Below, piece after piece: positions 27,303 through 42,007 of a stretch of 64,000 bases of DNA. Numbering within the stretch: position 1 is the first letter of the stretch; each line of letters opens with the position of its first letter. Source of the DNA: Eledone cirrhosa (lineage: Eukaryota). The position numbers were made by a program, and so were the translations under genes. The stretch lies in NCBI GenBank assembly GCA_964016885.1, contig OZ024755.1, positions 39,618,001-39,682,000 of the forward strand, read 5' to 3'. The notes under the pieces were generated by a model that was given only the letters and a program-made list of their open reading frames with translations, was not told the DNA's origin and searched no databases.

Positions 27303-28388
27303 ATATATATACCTCATATCATATAATCATATATACATATACTAACTATGTAAAAACTATCTAGTTATAATAAAATAATAAAATAATTTTTAAAATGTTT
27401 TTAACTCCCTACACACAAGTTTAAAAAATAACAATTATATAACCAATAATATTTTATATACTCTATAAAAATTAATTTATAACACTACTACAATATTAAA
27501 ACAACCCTTAATTTATCAACAACCTTAATTACCTCCCTTTGTTATTAACCCCCTGTTCAACTTCCTGTGTAAACTCATAAGGTTAAGCAACCTAACGGTT
27601 TACCAACAGCTTAATAAAGGTTAATACAAACCCTAGAAAATATAATTTGTAGATAAAAAATGCATAAGATAATATACCTACAATAACAACATGGCCAGTA
27701 ATTCGGTGGAATTTACATTTAACAAACAAACACCTATTGACTATAAACGACTCAAAATAATCCCATGGTTAATGGCTGTGAGTTACAAACAACATATACA
27801 CATACATACGAACTACAACACAAAGCACTTGTATGAAAATCACATATCCAACTCTAGCACGTACTTTGCATTACACCTTACATAACAAATACCTACATTA
27901 TCACCACATGCCTCTCTAAGAAATTGCACACTATCTTAAACATTTATAACAATTATAACATGCTTTAACACCCCACAAAAAACACGTTTATTTCAACTGC
28001 ATTATAACTCTTTCCTCATACATGCCTTATTGACTGTTTTGACTCCTGCATTGTACACCAATTTTCCTTGCTTGTAACCTTTTTGCCTGTATTTTTTGGT
28101 TGTGATTTTCGCTTATACATCTTACACTTTCAACCAGTGCCGCCTGTAATTGTGTTCTTTCAAGCAGAACATCTTTTTAACACCTGACTCTTCACATGAT
28201 GCCTTTGACACTAAACAAAATTATGTACCCTAAATGTTCTAAATGACTAGGATTTTAGTTACATTTTTCGACATTCCCTATGCTCCGATGAATCCAGAAT
28301 TCCATCTGGAATAAACAATTGTCAACAAATAAATGTTTTAAACTAAAATTTGATCGTTTTAACACTTTCTCTCTCTATATATATATAC

Positions 28389-28510
<122 letters not shown>

Positions 28511-28528
28511 CACATACATAGATAAATA

Positions 28529-28605
<77 letters not shown>

Positions 28606-28963
28606 GTATATATGTATGTGTATATATATGTATGTATATGTGTATATATATATGTATGTATATTTGTATATACATATGTATATATATGTATATATCTATG
28701 TGTATATACATATGTATGTATATGTGTATATACATATGTAATATAGTATTTACGTATCGAGAAAGAGAGAAAAAAAGAAGGGATAGGTGATACATATAGT
28801 TATTTGCCAAGTAGCGTATGCCAAAGGTGCTCGATACTAGTGCCGGTAGTATTAAATATTCGAAGTGTTAATATTTAGTGGGCTAGAGAGTTAGCAGAGC
28901 CTAAGCACGTGGGAAAGTGAAAAATCGGAGAATAGACCGTTAAAACATGTTTATTGAAAATAT

Positions 28964-29003
28964 CACATACGTACGTTTCGCCCAGTTGGGCTTCTCAAGG
29001 GCA
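28964..29003 (-). ncRNA. Hammerhead-like motif downstream of the GIY-YIG ORF
   Basis: UUGAGAA-GCCC/aacu/GGGC-GAAAC-GUAC-GUA|. Core, stem II and palindromic stem III are good but stem I pairs poorly. Confidence 0.55.
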
Positions 29004-29253
29004 TAAACAGTCACAAGTGTTCCTTATATAGTTTGGAAAGAGTTTTGGGGGTTAAATCGACATCAAGATTCATTGTTCGCAAAAAAATCTTGTTTTGATT
29101 TTGCAGCAGGTCAAGGGAGGTAACTTTGGCCGGTGTTAGGGCAGTCTTTCCCGGATAATTTTTGGTATGCAGGGATCGTTTTCTGGGTGTTATTTTGCTG
29201 CGCCTGCCCGCCGGGGTGTTAAGACTTGTTGCAGGGAGATCCAGTGTGTTATT

Positions 29254-30219
29254 TCACTCTCCATTCTTAACCCATCTAAAGAAGGATATTTTTAAGCGAT
29301 GTGTACAAATTATCGCTGTTTCAGCTCTGCTGTTGATGAGCTCGTGGGGTGCAGTTATGATGTGGTAGAGCTCCATGAGGCAAAGATCGCATTTCCTCTT
29401 GAAGTTGTACGGTGCAGCCCTGTCGACAATCTCCCAGTGCGTGGTGAAGCTAATGTTTAAGTCCTTTAGTGATGTGATGTAGTCCGCGAGCGAGGTGGAG
29501 TGCCTTAGTTTTCTATTTGTGAAAGAGTGGAGATGTGTTCGAAACCTAATTTTGAACGGGCCGGAGGTGGCCCCTATATAATGTTTAACACTATTGTGGC
29601 TAGTAATAGTGCATCTATATATAACCCTATCGGTCAAGCAGTATCCTCTAAGGGGGCACCGTCCTCTGTCGCGGCAGTTGCAATTTCTGTCGCTGTTCCG
29701 TCTATTTCCCACGATAAGGCTATCATTGTTGCTGCCTACGTTGTTAGCTGCGCTACCGCAGCTGTCGTTAGCACAATTACAACCCACAGCACGCGGGATG
29801 GTGCGATTGTTATTCCGCACGCCATGTTTTGCATGCTCCCCAGTCACTTCGCGGTCATTCTGGTTGCGTCTGCGGATGCCGTTGCCAACACTATTGGATG
29901 CTGTCAGGGAGTTGTTAAGGCCGATACAGTTATTGTCAGGTGTAGGTGCGTCTGCGTCGAGGTGCTGTGTCTTGGTGATCTTACTGTGGTTCGTTGTTCC
30001 TATGATGTCTGCTAGGTTAGGAGTAGTAGAGAAGGATATTTTTATATTGTTCCTATTAAGAATTTTTCTATACCTATGGTTGGGTGGGAAGTTCTTCTCT
30101 AAGGCTTCGAAGAATATCCGGGGTATGTTGGAGGCCACACTTCGAGAGTAGGGGGGGGGACCATAGGACGTTACGGTGGCGATTACGTGTCCTTGTACTT
30201 TTGCTACGGGTGGTTCCAT
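29254..30219 (-). CDS. Penelope-like element C-terminal region: thumb/linker plus GIY-YIG endonuclease, with no RT
   Basis: PPYSRSVASNI..KNFPPNH.Y.KILNRNNIKISFS; CNCR....CPLRGYC; VIY..HYIG.T...FK.R..H; APY....CDLC..E; NSR.E....C.H. The upstream RNRHRNVLWSPP continues in another frame across the G-run at ~30151-30159, so the true start is probably upstream. Confidence 0.88.
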   Translation of the reverse strand: MEPPVAKVQGHVIATVTSYGPPPYSRSVASNIPRIFFEALEKNFPPNHRYRKILNRNNIKISFSTTPNLADIIGTTNHSKITKTQHLDADAPTPDNNCIGLNNSLTASNSVGNGIRRRNQNDREVTGEHAKHGVRNNNRTIPRAVGCNCANDSCGSAANNVGSNNDSLIVGNRRNSDRNCNCRDRGRCPLRGYCLTDRVIYRCTITSHNSVKHYIGATSGPFKIRFRTHLHSFTNRKLRHSTSLADYITSLKDLNISFTTHWEIVDRAAPYNFKRKCDLCLMELYHIITAPHELINSRAETAIICTHRLKISFFRWVKNGE

Positions 30220-30691
30220 CTAAGTGATCGCTCTTATGTGTGTTAATGCGCTGTCGCCCGTTCGGTGCCCCTTTCACTTTATGCTCGGGTGCACTCTTTC
30301 TACCACTTCCATGTTTATGTACACAAAGATGTTGGTTGGATGGCGTTGGTAGTAGGCCGTCGATACATATGTATATATATATAAACAAGATGGCGTAGAA
30401 CAGAACAAAGGAGAGGCACAAAAACAAAGAAAAGAATCCCCAGTCACTGAAGAGCTCACAGAATGTGTGACGAAATAACTTTGACAATATATGAACAATT
30501 GTCTGGTTGTGAAACCAACCAACCGGAAATTTATAAATTCTTAAGTTTATGAATTTAATTTATAATAAATTAGAGTGAAAGCAACTGGTGCGTGTGTTTC
30601 TTATTGGCAACATGACCCGCACAAAGCATAACAATATCGGTTTCAACAAATTCAGAAACGAAATATATATATATATATTTATACATATATG

Positions 30692-30848
<157 letters not shown>

Positions 30849-31110
30849 CGAAGGAAATGTGGTAAGGAACCATGTGGACCATAACGCACCAAAGTACTCA
30901 ATACTTGAGGTAGTAGAGTGGGTAATAGGAACCAGTAAGACCCCGACAGCTGAGCTCAAGCCGTTTCGACGGCTAATTCTGGACTAAATGAAAATTATGT
31001 GTGTGTGTATATATATAGTGAATGTATATATATGTATATGTGCATACATATTCACACACTCACACACACACACACACACACGCGCACACACTCACACATA
31101 TATATACATA

Positions 31111-31174
<64 letters not shown>

Positions 31175-31353
31175 CTATGTATATAGCAACGACCAAGAAA
31201 TGATAAATACTTTGAATTATTCAACTAGAAAACGGATTAACGATAGATTGGAATTTATGACATTTACCATTTCCACAGACAAATTAATACCTCATTAATC
31301 TTATTAGTTTCTCATATTTCTTCCCTTTTTGAATGTCTACCACTAATCAGCTA

Positions 31354-31433
<80 letters not shown>

Positions 31434-31659
31434 CTTGCGAGGTCTTTGATATGAAATCGTGTGTCGAAACAAATAATAAAGAACACACTCACTCTTTGAG
31501 TTAATTCATTCGGTCCTAAATGTTTATCATTGACTGACCAACAGTCAAAAATACAGATATAAACACATATATAGAGTCTAACAAAGTTCTTTCGTTGCAC
31601 ATCTGCAACATCAACAGTGGTACTATTATGTTCCTTCTGTTGTATACATATATTCATAA

Positions 31660-31862
31660 GTTATTCTGGGTTCAAACGGGGGTAACCACAGTAAGTAAAG
31701 TACTCAATACATAGCATAGCAGTGTATAAATGTTTAATATAGAAAAGCTTCTATAGGACTAGAACTGTTTCATTCGTGAGAAATCATCAGGAAGTTGACT
31801 GTGCAAGTCAGCTTCCTGATGATTTCTCACGAATGAAACTGTTCTAGTCCTGTAGAAGCTTT

Positions 31863-31870
<8 letters not shown>
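31660..31870. mobile_element. Fold-back element with HHRs at 31746-31796 (-) and 31810-31860 (+)
   Basis: Same family as 6826-7210. AGCUUC-CUGAUGA-uUUC/ucac/GAAu-GAAAC..CUGUA|GAAGCU. Confidence 0.82.
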
Positions 31871-31957
<87 letters not shown>

Positions 31958-31959
31958 TG

Positions 31960-32023
<64 letters not shown>

Positions 32024-32246
32024 TAATTTAATATATCTACTAACATAAGCGCACAGATGTACGCCAATGCCAGCAAATACACAGGTTATGTCATAGTACC
32101 TAGGTGGTTCAATGCAGGAGGATGCAGAACAATAATATAAAAGACGTAAAATAAGAAAATTTTTCAAAAAAAATTCTTTTAAATTAACTTACTTACTTAA
32201 ATAAGTTAATTTATAAAAATTTTTTTTTTAATTTTCTTATTTTACG

Positions 32247-32290
<44 letters not shown>

Positions 32291-32299
32291 ATATGTATA

Positions 32300-32388
<89 letters not shown>

Positions 32389-32844
32389 ATATATATATAT
32401 ATCGGCTTGGCAACTTGTTATTTGGTCGTGTGTTCCCTTATTGCAAGATTTGAATTTTAAATCGACAGAAATCACGAAGTTATAACGTTGCTAACTCTTT
32501 AAAATTAACAAAAACCTCTGGAACAGATGAGTACCTATATTTTGACGCGATTATTTTACGTATGTTAGCGTTTTCAATGGGTTTATTTTCGCTGTTTGAT
32601 ATATTCTTCTAAAAAACGAGACACACACGTACTTTCTTTCTTTGTCTGCCATACATAATATAGAAATCTAGTTAAGTAACGTAATCTAATTTTAATTTTA
32701 TTTTATTTTATTTTGTGTAACGTGATTTAATATAATTTACTTGAATATAATTTTATTTTTAACTCAGTGAGCATATATATTTGTTATTGTTTTTGATATA
32801 TTGATATTGTGATAACTACGTTTCACGATATATATACGGACACC

Positions 32845-32952
<108 letters not shown>

Positions 32953-33278
32953 GGTGTCCGTTTTAAACAAACCGATGCTGGCAGTTAAAATCAACTTGTA
33001 TAAATCCTTCGCGATTCTATGTTTAACTTATTTGGTTTTCATTAACTTATTTTTATTTATTTATTTTGTCTCCTCTCCTCTCTTTTTATATTTCATGTTG
33101 ATATCATTTTTTTTCACTTTGTTTTCGTGTTTTAACTGCGAAATATTATTGTTTTTCGAACGACATTAATTATTGATATGTATGGTTGTCTTTGACCGTT
33201 TCAATGATACACTTCTATCTTTCACGCTGTCTCTCTCCTTCTTTCTTTCTCTCCATCTCTCTCTCTCTCTAGATCGTA

Positions 33279-33356
<78 letters not shown>

Positions 33357-33489
33357 CTATCTATCTGTCTATCTCTCTCTCTGAATCGCACCTTGAATTT
33401 CTCACTGGACTTATCTCTCTCTCCCTCTCTCTTTCCCTCTCTAACTATTTCCCTACCCTTCCCGCTATCTCTCTCTCTCCCCCCATCTA

Positions 33490-35925
33490 CAGCGAAATGG
33501 CCTGCATGCAAGGAAAAGGTGAAATTAAAAGCCAGCGAAACTGATCAGAGATGGAACTAGCGGTTTTGATCAAAGAGTGGAGCCTGGCTGATGGCTCACA
33601 AGCAAGTAAAAAGATTGCGGAGACCCTGAGGAACCATGGCTTCCTGGGGACTCTGGCTCAGATACAAAGAAAAAGAAAAGAAATCGATAGGGCCTATGAA
33701 CTCATAGCACCACATATGGCATGCTAAGCCGTGTCCTCAAGGAGGAGAAAAACGTGGAGAAAGAGAGAGGAAAGGAAAAAGAAAAGGAAGAAAGTCTTGT
33801 GTGGCGGAAACACCGCCACACAAGACACTAACACACAATTTCAACACTTCAGACAACGATACACACTATATGCAAAAATTTGTCCCGGAGAAAAAGGCAA
33901 ACAGACACAAAAATCTTATTCCCAGAGATAGGAAAATCCTTATGAGACGTAGAACCAAGCTCTCAAACCAGTTGAATGCACAAGAAAATAAAAACAAGAA
34001 GGATTCCTATTTGAAACGTGCACTACTTGATACCGACATTGCACTCAAACTTCCCCATGAAAATGAGAGGGCAAAGAAAGAAAGCAGGGCCATAGAAAAT
34101 ATTAAAACAAACCCTTCTTTTGCAAAAGAATCTGCCCCGGCACACTGCAAGATTGGGCCACTCTTCCATACAGATGGTTCATGAACCGAGAATCCCCAAG
34201 AGATAAGTGAAATACTGAACGAACAGTACAAAAGTGCAGAGGAGTTCTTTGATGTCACAACACTACATAAAGAAATGGCGACCATCAACCACATAGACAT
34301 AACGGAGGAGGATGTGGTATACGCCCTAGATGAAATTAGAACAGACTCCGCTGCTGGACCTGATGGATTCCCAGCAGTATTCCTAAAAACATGTAAGCGG
34401 GCCTTAGCAACTCCACTGAAGACGCTCTTCAGAAGCGGAGCTGAAAGAAGGCACAATATACGCTATCCATAAAGCAGGTAGCATAGCGGAGGCCAAAAAC
34501 TCTAGGCCAGTCTCCCTGGCGTCACATATCAGTAAGGTCATGGAGCGAGTCATCTGAAAGAAACTGATCACTTTCCTCGAGGAAAATGACCGCCTGACTA
34601 GCACGCAGATGGCTTTCGCCCAGGAAGAAGCTCCCTTACACAGCTGCTACATCACTACGACTGGGTACGGAAACAACTGTTAGACAGCTCACATGTGGAC
34701 GTGATACATCTTGACTTTGCGAAGGCCTTTGACAAGGTCGACCACGGAATGATATGTCACAAACTACACGGACTCGGCATACCTTGAAAAGTAGGTGAGT
34801 GGCTGCATGACTTCTTAAAGGACAGAAGCCAGACAGTCGCAGCAAACGGGACCCTCTCAAAGGAAACATCAATAACAAGTGGGGTGCCCCAAGGCACAGT
34901 CCTGGTAACCACTACTGTTTTTGGTGGGTCTCTCAGACATGCCCTCTGTACTACATACAACAACATCCCTCACTAGCTATCCTGATGACACTAAGGTAAC
35001 ACAGGCAATCAAAAACCCGGCTGACGCTGCCTTTTACAACAAGATCTAGATGCCATATACAAATGGGCGGAAGTAAACAACATGCAGTTTAATGCTGGCA
35101 AAATTCAAGCCCTCCAATTCACACCTGCAAACACAAATACAGTATAACACAGTTACGCAGGACCAGGAGTGACCGATATTCCCGTGTCAAAATCGATACG
35201 AGACCTGGGTATAGACATGAGCGATGATGCATCTTTTTCCTCACACATCATGAAAGTGGCGACAATGTGCAGACGACTCGCTGGCTGGATCTTGAGGACT
35301 TTCCGGACAAGAAACCGAGACACCATGTTGACACTATGGAGGCCATTTGTCGTATTCCGCCTGGACTATTGCTCCCATGGGGCTTGAAGCAATCCACCGA
35401 TGCTACACCAAGAGGATTGCGACGATGAAGGAGCTAAGCTACTGGGAGAGGCTAAAAGAACTGAACCTCGACTCCTTGGAACGAAGATGGGAGAGATATG
35501 CAGTTGTCTACATGTGGAAAATCCTGTAGGGACTATCACCAAACTTTGGCATTGGGAGCTGGACCAACCGTTGAACAGGACGTCACTGTGTGGTGTCTTT
35601 CCCATCTAGAATAAGGAGCAGATATTGAGTTAGCCTGAGATTCAAGAGCCCTCAACTCTTTAACAAGCTGCCGAGGGATCTGAGATATCTGCATGATGTG
35701 GAGGTGGATGTCTTCAAGAAATATCTCGACACCTTGCTAACCAGGATCCCGGATGAGCCCACAATAAAGCACGAGGGAATCTTTAGGGTAGCAGCAACGA
35801 ACTCCCTCTTACACCAGTGGCCAAAAAATACAGACTGGAGATAAAATGTGTAGCAACAAGGGCGGTCCCCAGCATGGCCTCAGCCGGATGGCTGGAACAG
35901 GTAAAAGATTAAAAGAATAAAAGAG
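33490..35925 (+). mobile_element. 5'-truncated, frameshifted CR1-clade LINE (RT pseudogene)
   Basis: AAGPDGFPAVFLK, RPVSLASHISKVMERVI, LDFAKAFDKVDHG, SGVPQGTVL, SYPDDTK, DLGIDMSDD and LSYWERLKELNL motifs, with a TAAAAGA-type tail. Confidence 0.88.
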
Positions 35926-35929
35926 TAAT

Positions 35930-36047
<118 letters not shown>

Positions 36048-36058
36048 GTGTCTGTATT

Positions 36059-36092
<34 letters not shown>

Positions 36093-36329
36093 ACAAAGGA
36101 ATTATGGTAAGGAACCAGATGGACCATAACGCACCAGAGTACTCAATACTTAGGGTAGTAGAGTGGGCAATAGGAAAAAGTATGACCCCGACGGCAGAGC
36201 TCGAACCGTTTCGACAGTCCAGAAATAGCCGTCGAAACGGCTTGAGCTCTGCCGTCGGGGTCATACTTTTTCCTATATATATATGAATGTGTATGTATTT
36301 ATATAAATACATACACACTCATATATGTG

Positions 36330-36413
<84 letters not shown>

Positions 36414-36809
36414 TATATATATATGTATATATATACATATATATAGATAGATAAGTAGATATATATGAATGCATGTGCGTATGTGCGCGCAAAAACGAGA
36501 CGAGAGAACATATATACAGTACATGGATGATATATATCACTTTAACACTTTGAATAGTAAGAGTCTCAACGTTTCGGACGTTAACCCTACATCGGAAGAT
36601 AGAATGAGAGATGGAAGAAGATATAGAAAGATAGAGAAGAGCAAGAAAAGAGTGAATGTTTCTAATGTGTGAAACGTGTGTAATACTTTATTTTACTAAA
36701 TGGAAGATGTGATAAAAACTCTACAACGCATATGATAGTGAGGAAAGAAAATACCAGAAAGGAAAAGAAGAAAAGGATAAAGAAAAAAGGATAAAGGAAA
36801 TAAATAAAG

Positions 36810-36927
36810 GACAGAGACTGGTCTCTTGGAGACGCAGGACATGGCAGCGATAATGAGGGACAGAGACCACTGGAGAGAACTCGTCCATGGATCTCGGGAA
36901 TTTTACCCGCCCGAGATAGATAGATAA
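36810..36927 (+). mobile_element. RTE LINE 3' terminal fragment
   Basis: Matches the reverse complement of ~51180-51295, with an (AGAT)n tail. Confidence 0.75.
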
Positions 36928-37308
36928 AGGAAGAGGGAGTGGAACAGACCCTATCTAGCGCTGTATAGGTAGTATATCAACTGAGGCAATCTGATAAAAT
37001 TGTTAATGCATTACAACGGAGTATTACCAGTGATATCCACTACAACAGCCATCCATCTCATGTGTGAAAATTGTCAGCCATTTTGGATACGTGTGGATCA
37101 TAATGGGGCTCATAAAATAACAATTGAGGCCAGGCTGTGGCACAGCCATGAAGGGATTTAGTTGAGCATACGGACCCTAATACATCTTTATTCAAGTCTG
37201 GTATTTATATCAGCGATATCCTTTTTGTAAAAACTGTAAGTTACTGGATATGGCTAAATAGTAAATTTAAACTCAAGAGAAAGGGTGAGGTGTATGATTG
37301 TGTGTGTG

Positions 37309-37427
<119 letters not shown>

Positions 37428-37567
37428 CTATCTATGATGATCATCCACAATTTTATTCTACCAAATTATACTTACCAGGCATTGGTCAATCAAACGCTGT
37501 AGTAGAAGACACTTGTCAAAGGTACAAACATCATAACTGAAAGCGAGACCATATCTTTGCCATTCAA

Positions 37568-40500
37568 ACACCTTAACCACACAGCCATGCCTATACCACC
37601 TTAACCCCACAGCCATGTCTGTACCACCTTAACCACACAGCCATGTCTGTACCACCTTAACCATACAGCCATGTCTGTACCACCTTAACCACACAGCCAT
37701 GTCTGTACCACCTTAACCACACAGGCATGTCTGTACCACCACCTTAACCACACAGCCATGTCAGTACCACCATCTTAACCACACAGCCATGTCTGTACCA
37801 ACACCTTAACCATACAGTCATATCTGTACCACCACATTAACCACACAGCCATGTCTGTACCACCACATTAACCACAAAGCCATGTCTGTACCACCTTAAC
37901 TACACAGCCATGTCTGTACCACCACCTTAACCACACAGCCATGTCTGTACCACCACCTTAACCACACAGCCATGTCTGTACCACCACCTTATCCACACAG
38001 CCATGTCTGTGCCACCACCTTAACCACACAGCCATGTCTGTACCACCTTAACCCCACAGCCATGTCTGTACCACCTTAACCACACAGCCATGTCTGTACC
38101 ACCACCTTAACCACACAGCCATGTCTGTACCACCTTAACCACACAGCCATGTCTGTACCACCTTAACCACACAGCCATGTCTGTACCACCATAACCACAC
38201 AGCTATGTCTGTACCACCTTAACCACACAGCCATGTCTGTACCACCTTAACCACACAGCCATGTCTGTACCACCTTAACCACACAGCCATGTCTGTACCA
38301 CCTTAACTACACAGCCATGTCTGTACCACCTTAACCACACAGCCATGTCTGTACCACCTTAACCACACAGCCATGTCTGTACCACCACCTTAACCACACA
38401 GCCATGTCTGTACCCCCCACCTTAACCACACAGCTATGTCTGTACCACCTTAACTACACGGCCATGCCTGTACCACCTTAACCACACAGCCATCTCTGTA
38501 CCACCATAACCACACAGCCATGTCTGTACCACCTTAGCCACACAGCCATGTCTGTACCACCTTAGCCACACAGCCATGTCTGTACCACCACCTTAACCAC
38601 ACAGCCATGTCTGTACCACCTTAACCACACAGCCATGTCTGTACCCCTTAACCCCACAGCCATGTCTGTACCTCCACCTTAACCACACAGCCATGTCTGT
38701 ACCACCACCTTAACCACACAGCCATGTCTGTACCTCCTTAACCACACAGCCATGTCTGTACCACCACCTTAACCACACAGCCATGTCTGTACCACCTTAA
38801 CCACACAGCCATGTCTGTACCACCTTAACCACACAACCATGTCTGTACCTCCTTAACCACACAGCCATGTCTGTACCTCCTTAACCACACAGCCATGTCT
38901 GTACCACCTTAACCCCACAGCCATGTCTGTACCTCCACCTTAACCACACAGCCATGTCTGTACCACCACCTTAACCACACAGCCATGTCTGTACCACCTT
39001 AGCCACACAGCCATGTCTGTACCACCACTTTAACCACACAGCCATGTCTGTACCACCACCTTAACCACACAGCCATGTCTGTACCACCTTAACCCCACAG
39101 CCATGTCTGTACCTCCACCTTAACCACACAGCCATGTCTGTACCACTTTAGCCACACAGCCATGTCAGTACCACCACTTTAACCACACAGCCATGTCTGT
39201 ACCAGCTTAACCACACAGCCATGTCTGTACCACCACCTTAACCACACAGCCATGTCTGTACCACCTTAACCCCACAGCCATGTCTGTACCTCCACCTTAA
39301 CCACACAGCCATGTCTGTACCACCACCTTAACCACACAGCCATGTCTGTACCACCTTAGCCACACAGCCATGTCAGTACCACCACTTTAACCACACAGCC
39401 ATGTCTGTACCAGCTTAACCACACAGCCATGTCTGTACCACCACCTTAACCACACAGCCATGTCTGTACCTCCACCTTAACCACACAGCCATGTCTGTAC
39501 CACCTTAACCACACAGCCATGTCTGTACCACCTTAACCACACAGCCATGTCTGTACCACCACCTTAACCACACAGCCATGTCTGTACCAGCTTAACTACA
39601 CAGCCATGTCTGTACCACCACCTTAACCCCACAGCCATGTCTGTACCACCACCTTAACCACACAGCCATGTCTGTACCAGCTTAACCCCACAGCCATGTC
39701 TGTACCACCACCTTAACCACACAGCCATGTCTGTACCAGCTTAACTACACAGCCATGTCTGTACCACCTTAACCACACAGCCATGTCTGTACCACCTTAA
39801 CCACACAGCCATGTCTGTACCACCACCTTAACCCCACAGCCATGTCTGTACCACCACCTTAACCACACAGCCATGTCTGTACCAGCTTAACCCCACAGCC
39901 ATGTCTGTACCTCCACCTTAACCCCACAGCCATGTCTGTACCACCTTAACCACACAGCCATGTCTGTACCACCACCTTAACCACACAGCCATGTCTGTAC
40001 CACCACCTTAACCACTCAGCCATGTCTGTACCACCTTAACCACACAGCCATGTCTGTACCTCCTCCTTAACCACACAGCCATGTCTGTACCTCCTTAACC
40101 ACACAGCCATGTCTGTACCTCCTCCTTAACCACACAGCCATGTCTGTACCACCTTAACCCCACAGCCATGTCTGTACCTCCTCCTTAACCACACAGCCAT
40201 GTCTGTACCTCCTTAACCACACAACCATGTCTGTACCTCCTCCTTAACCACACAGCCATGTCTGTACCACCTTAACCACACAGCCATGTCTGTACCTCCT
40301 CCTTAACCACACAGCCATGTCTGTACCTCCTTAACCCCACAGCCATGTCTGTACCTCCTCCTTAACCACACAGCCATGTCTGTACCACCTTAACCACACA
40401 GCCATGTCTGTACCTCCTCCTTAACCACATAGCCATGTCTGTACCACCACCTTAACCACACAGCCATGTCTGTACCACCACCTTAACCACACAGCCATGT

Positions 40501-41600
40501 CTGTACCACCACCTTAACCACACAGCCATGTCTGTACCTCCTTAACCACACAGCCATGTCTGTACCTCCTCCTTAACCACACAGCCATGTCTGTACCTCC
40601 TTAACCACACAGCCATGTCTGTACCTCCTTAACCACACAGCCATGTCTGTACCACCACCTTAACCACACAGCCATGTCTGTACCTCCTTAACCACACAGC
40701 CATGTCTGTACCTCCTTAACCACACAGCCATGTCTGTACCACCTTAACCACACAGCCATGTCTGTACCTCCACCTTAACCACACAGCCATGTCTGTACCA
40801 CCACCTTAACCACACAGCCATGTCTGTACCACCTTAGCCACACAGCCATGTCTGTACTTCCTCCTTAACCACACAGCCATGTCTGTACCACCTTAACCAC
40901 ACAGCCATGTCTGTACCACCTTAACCCCGCAGCCATGTCTGTACCTCCTCCTTAACCACACAGCCATGTCTGTACCACCTTAACCCCACAGCCATGTCTG
41001 TACCTCCTCCTTAACCACACAGCCATGTCTGTACCACCTTAACCACACAGCCATGTCTGTACCACCACCTTAACCACACAGCCATGTCTGTACCCCCCAC
41101 CTTAACCACACAGCTATGTCTGTACCACCACCTTAACCACACAGCCATGTCTGTACCCCTTAACCCCACAGCCATGTCTGTACCTCCACCTTAACCACAC
41201 AGCCATGTCTGTACCACCACCTTAACCACACAGCCATGTCTGTACCACCACCTTAACCCCACAGCCATGTCTGTACCTCCTTAACCACACAGCCATGTCT
41301 GTACCTCCTTAACCACACAGCCATGTCTGTACCTCCACCTTAACCACACAGCCATGTCTGTACCAGCTTAACCACACAGCCATGTCTGTACCACCACCTT
41401 AACCACACAGCCATGTCTGTACCTCCACCTTAACCACACAGCCATGTCTGTACCACTTTAACCACACAGCCATGTCTGTACCAGCTTAACCACACAGCCA
41501 TGTCTGTACCTCCTCCTTAACCACACAGCCATGTCTGTACCTCCACCTTAACCACACAGCCATGTCTGTACCACCTTAACCACACAGCCATATCTGTACC
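37568..41600. repeat. ~4-kb minisatellite, 27/30-bp unit CC(ACC)TTAACCACACAGCCATGTCTGTA
   Basis: Direct reading. Units vary by one ACC/TCC triplet. Confidence 0.97.
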
Positions 41601-41841
41601 CAAGCAATTTCATCATAAGCAATATACAACAGCTTCAAGTTGAAGATGAAGTTGTCAAACCTCTATCGATTACCTATTTTTTCCGTAATCTTCGGCAAAT
41701 TTTATTGAAGACTATCGATCTGGCAACACAGCATTTTCTTTTGTTTTTGTCGAAAGAATGAATAAATAGAAGACCAAACTTATAATCCGGCTGAAGCAAA
41801 TATTTATTTTTCTGTTTTGTATTATCGAAGTATTATGATGG

Positions 41842-41931
<90 letters not shown>

Positions 41932-41952
41932 TACACATTCATAGTCATGCAT

Positions 41953-41995
<43 letters not shown>

Positions 41996-42007
41996 CATAT
42001 ACACGCA

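Larger units (their letters stand above)
28760..30662 (-). mobile_element. Non-autonomous Penelope-like retroelement (~1.9 kb) embedded in TA-rich microsatellites
   Basis: Terminal-repeat-like cassette (30380-30662), GIY-YIG ORF, HHR-like motif and tail motif GTATCGAGCACC (28826-28837). Confidence 0.75.

Noticed and set aside
29527-30151. Plus-strand ORFs of 162 and 185 aa
   Set aside because: They are antisense shadows of the GIY-YIG ORF.
36564-36599. Ultra-minimal HHR-like motif (minus strand)
   Set aside because: The core reads CCGAUGU and stem II is weak, so it is at best a decayed copy.
37568-41600. CRISPR-like or telomeric array
   Set aside because: There are no unique spacers, the unit is not TTAGGG, and the context is eukaryotic.
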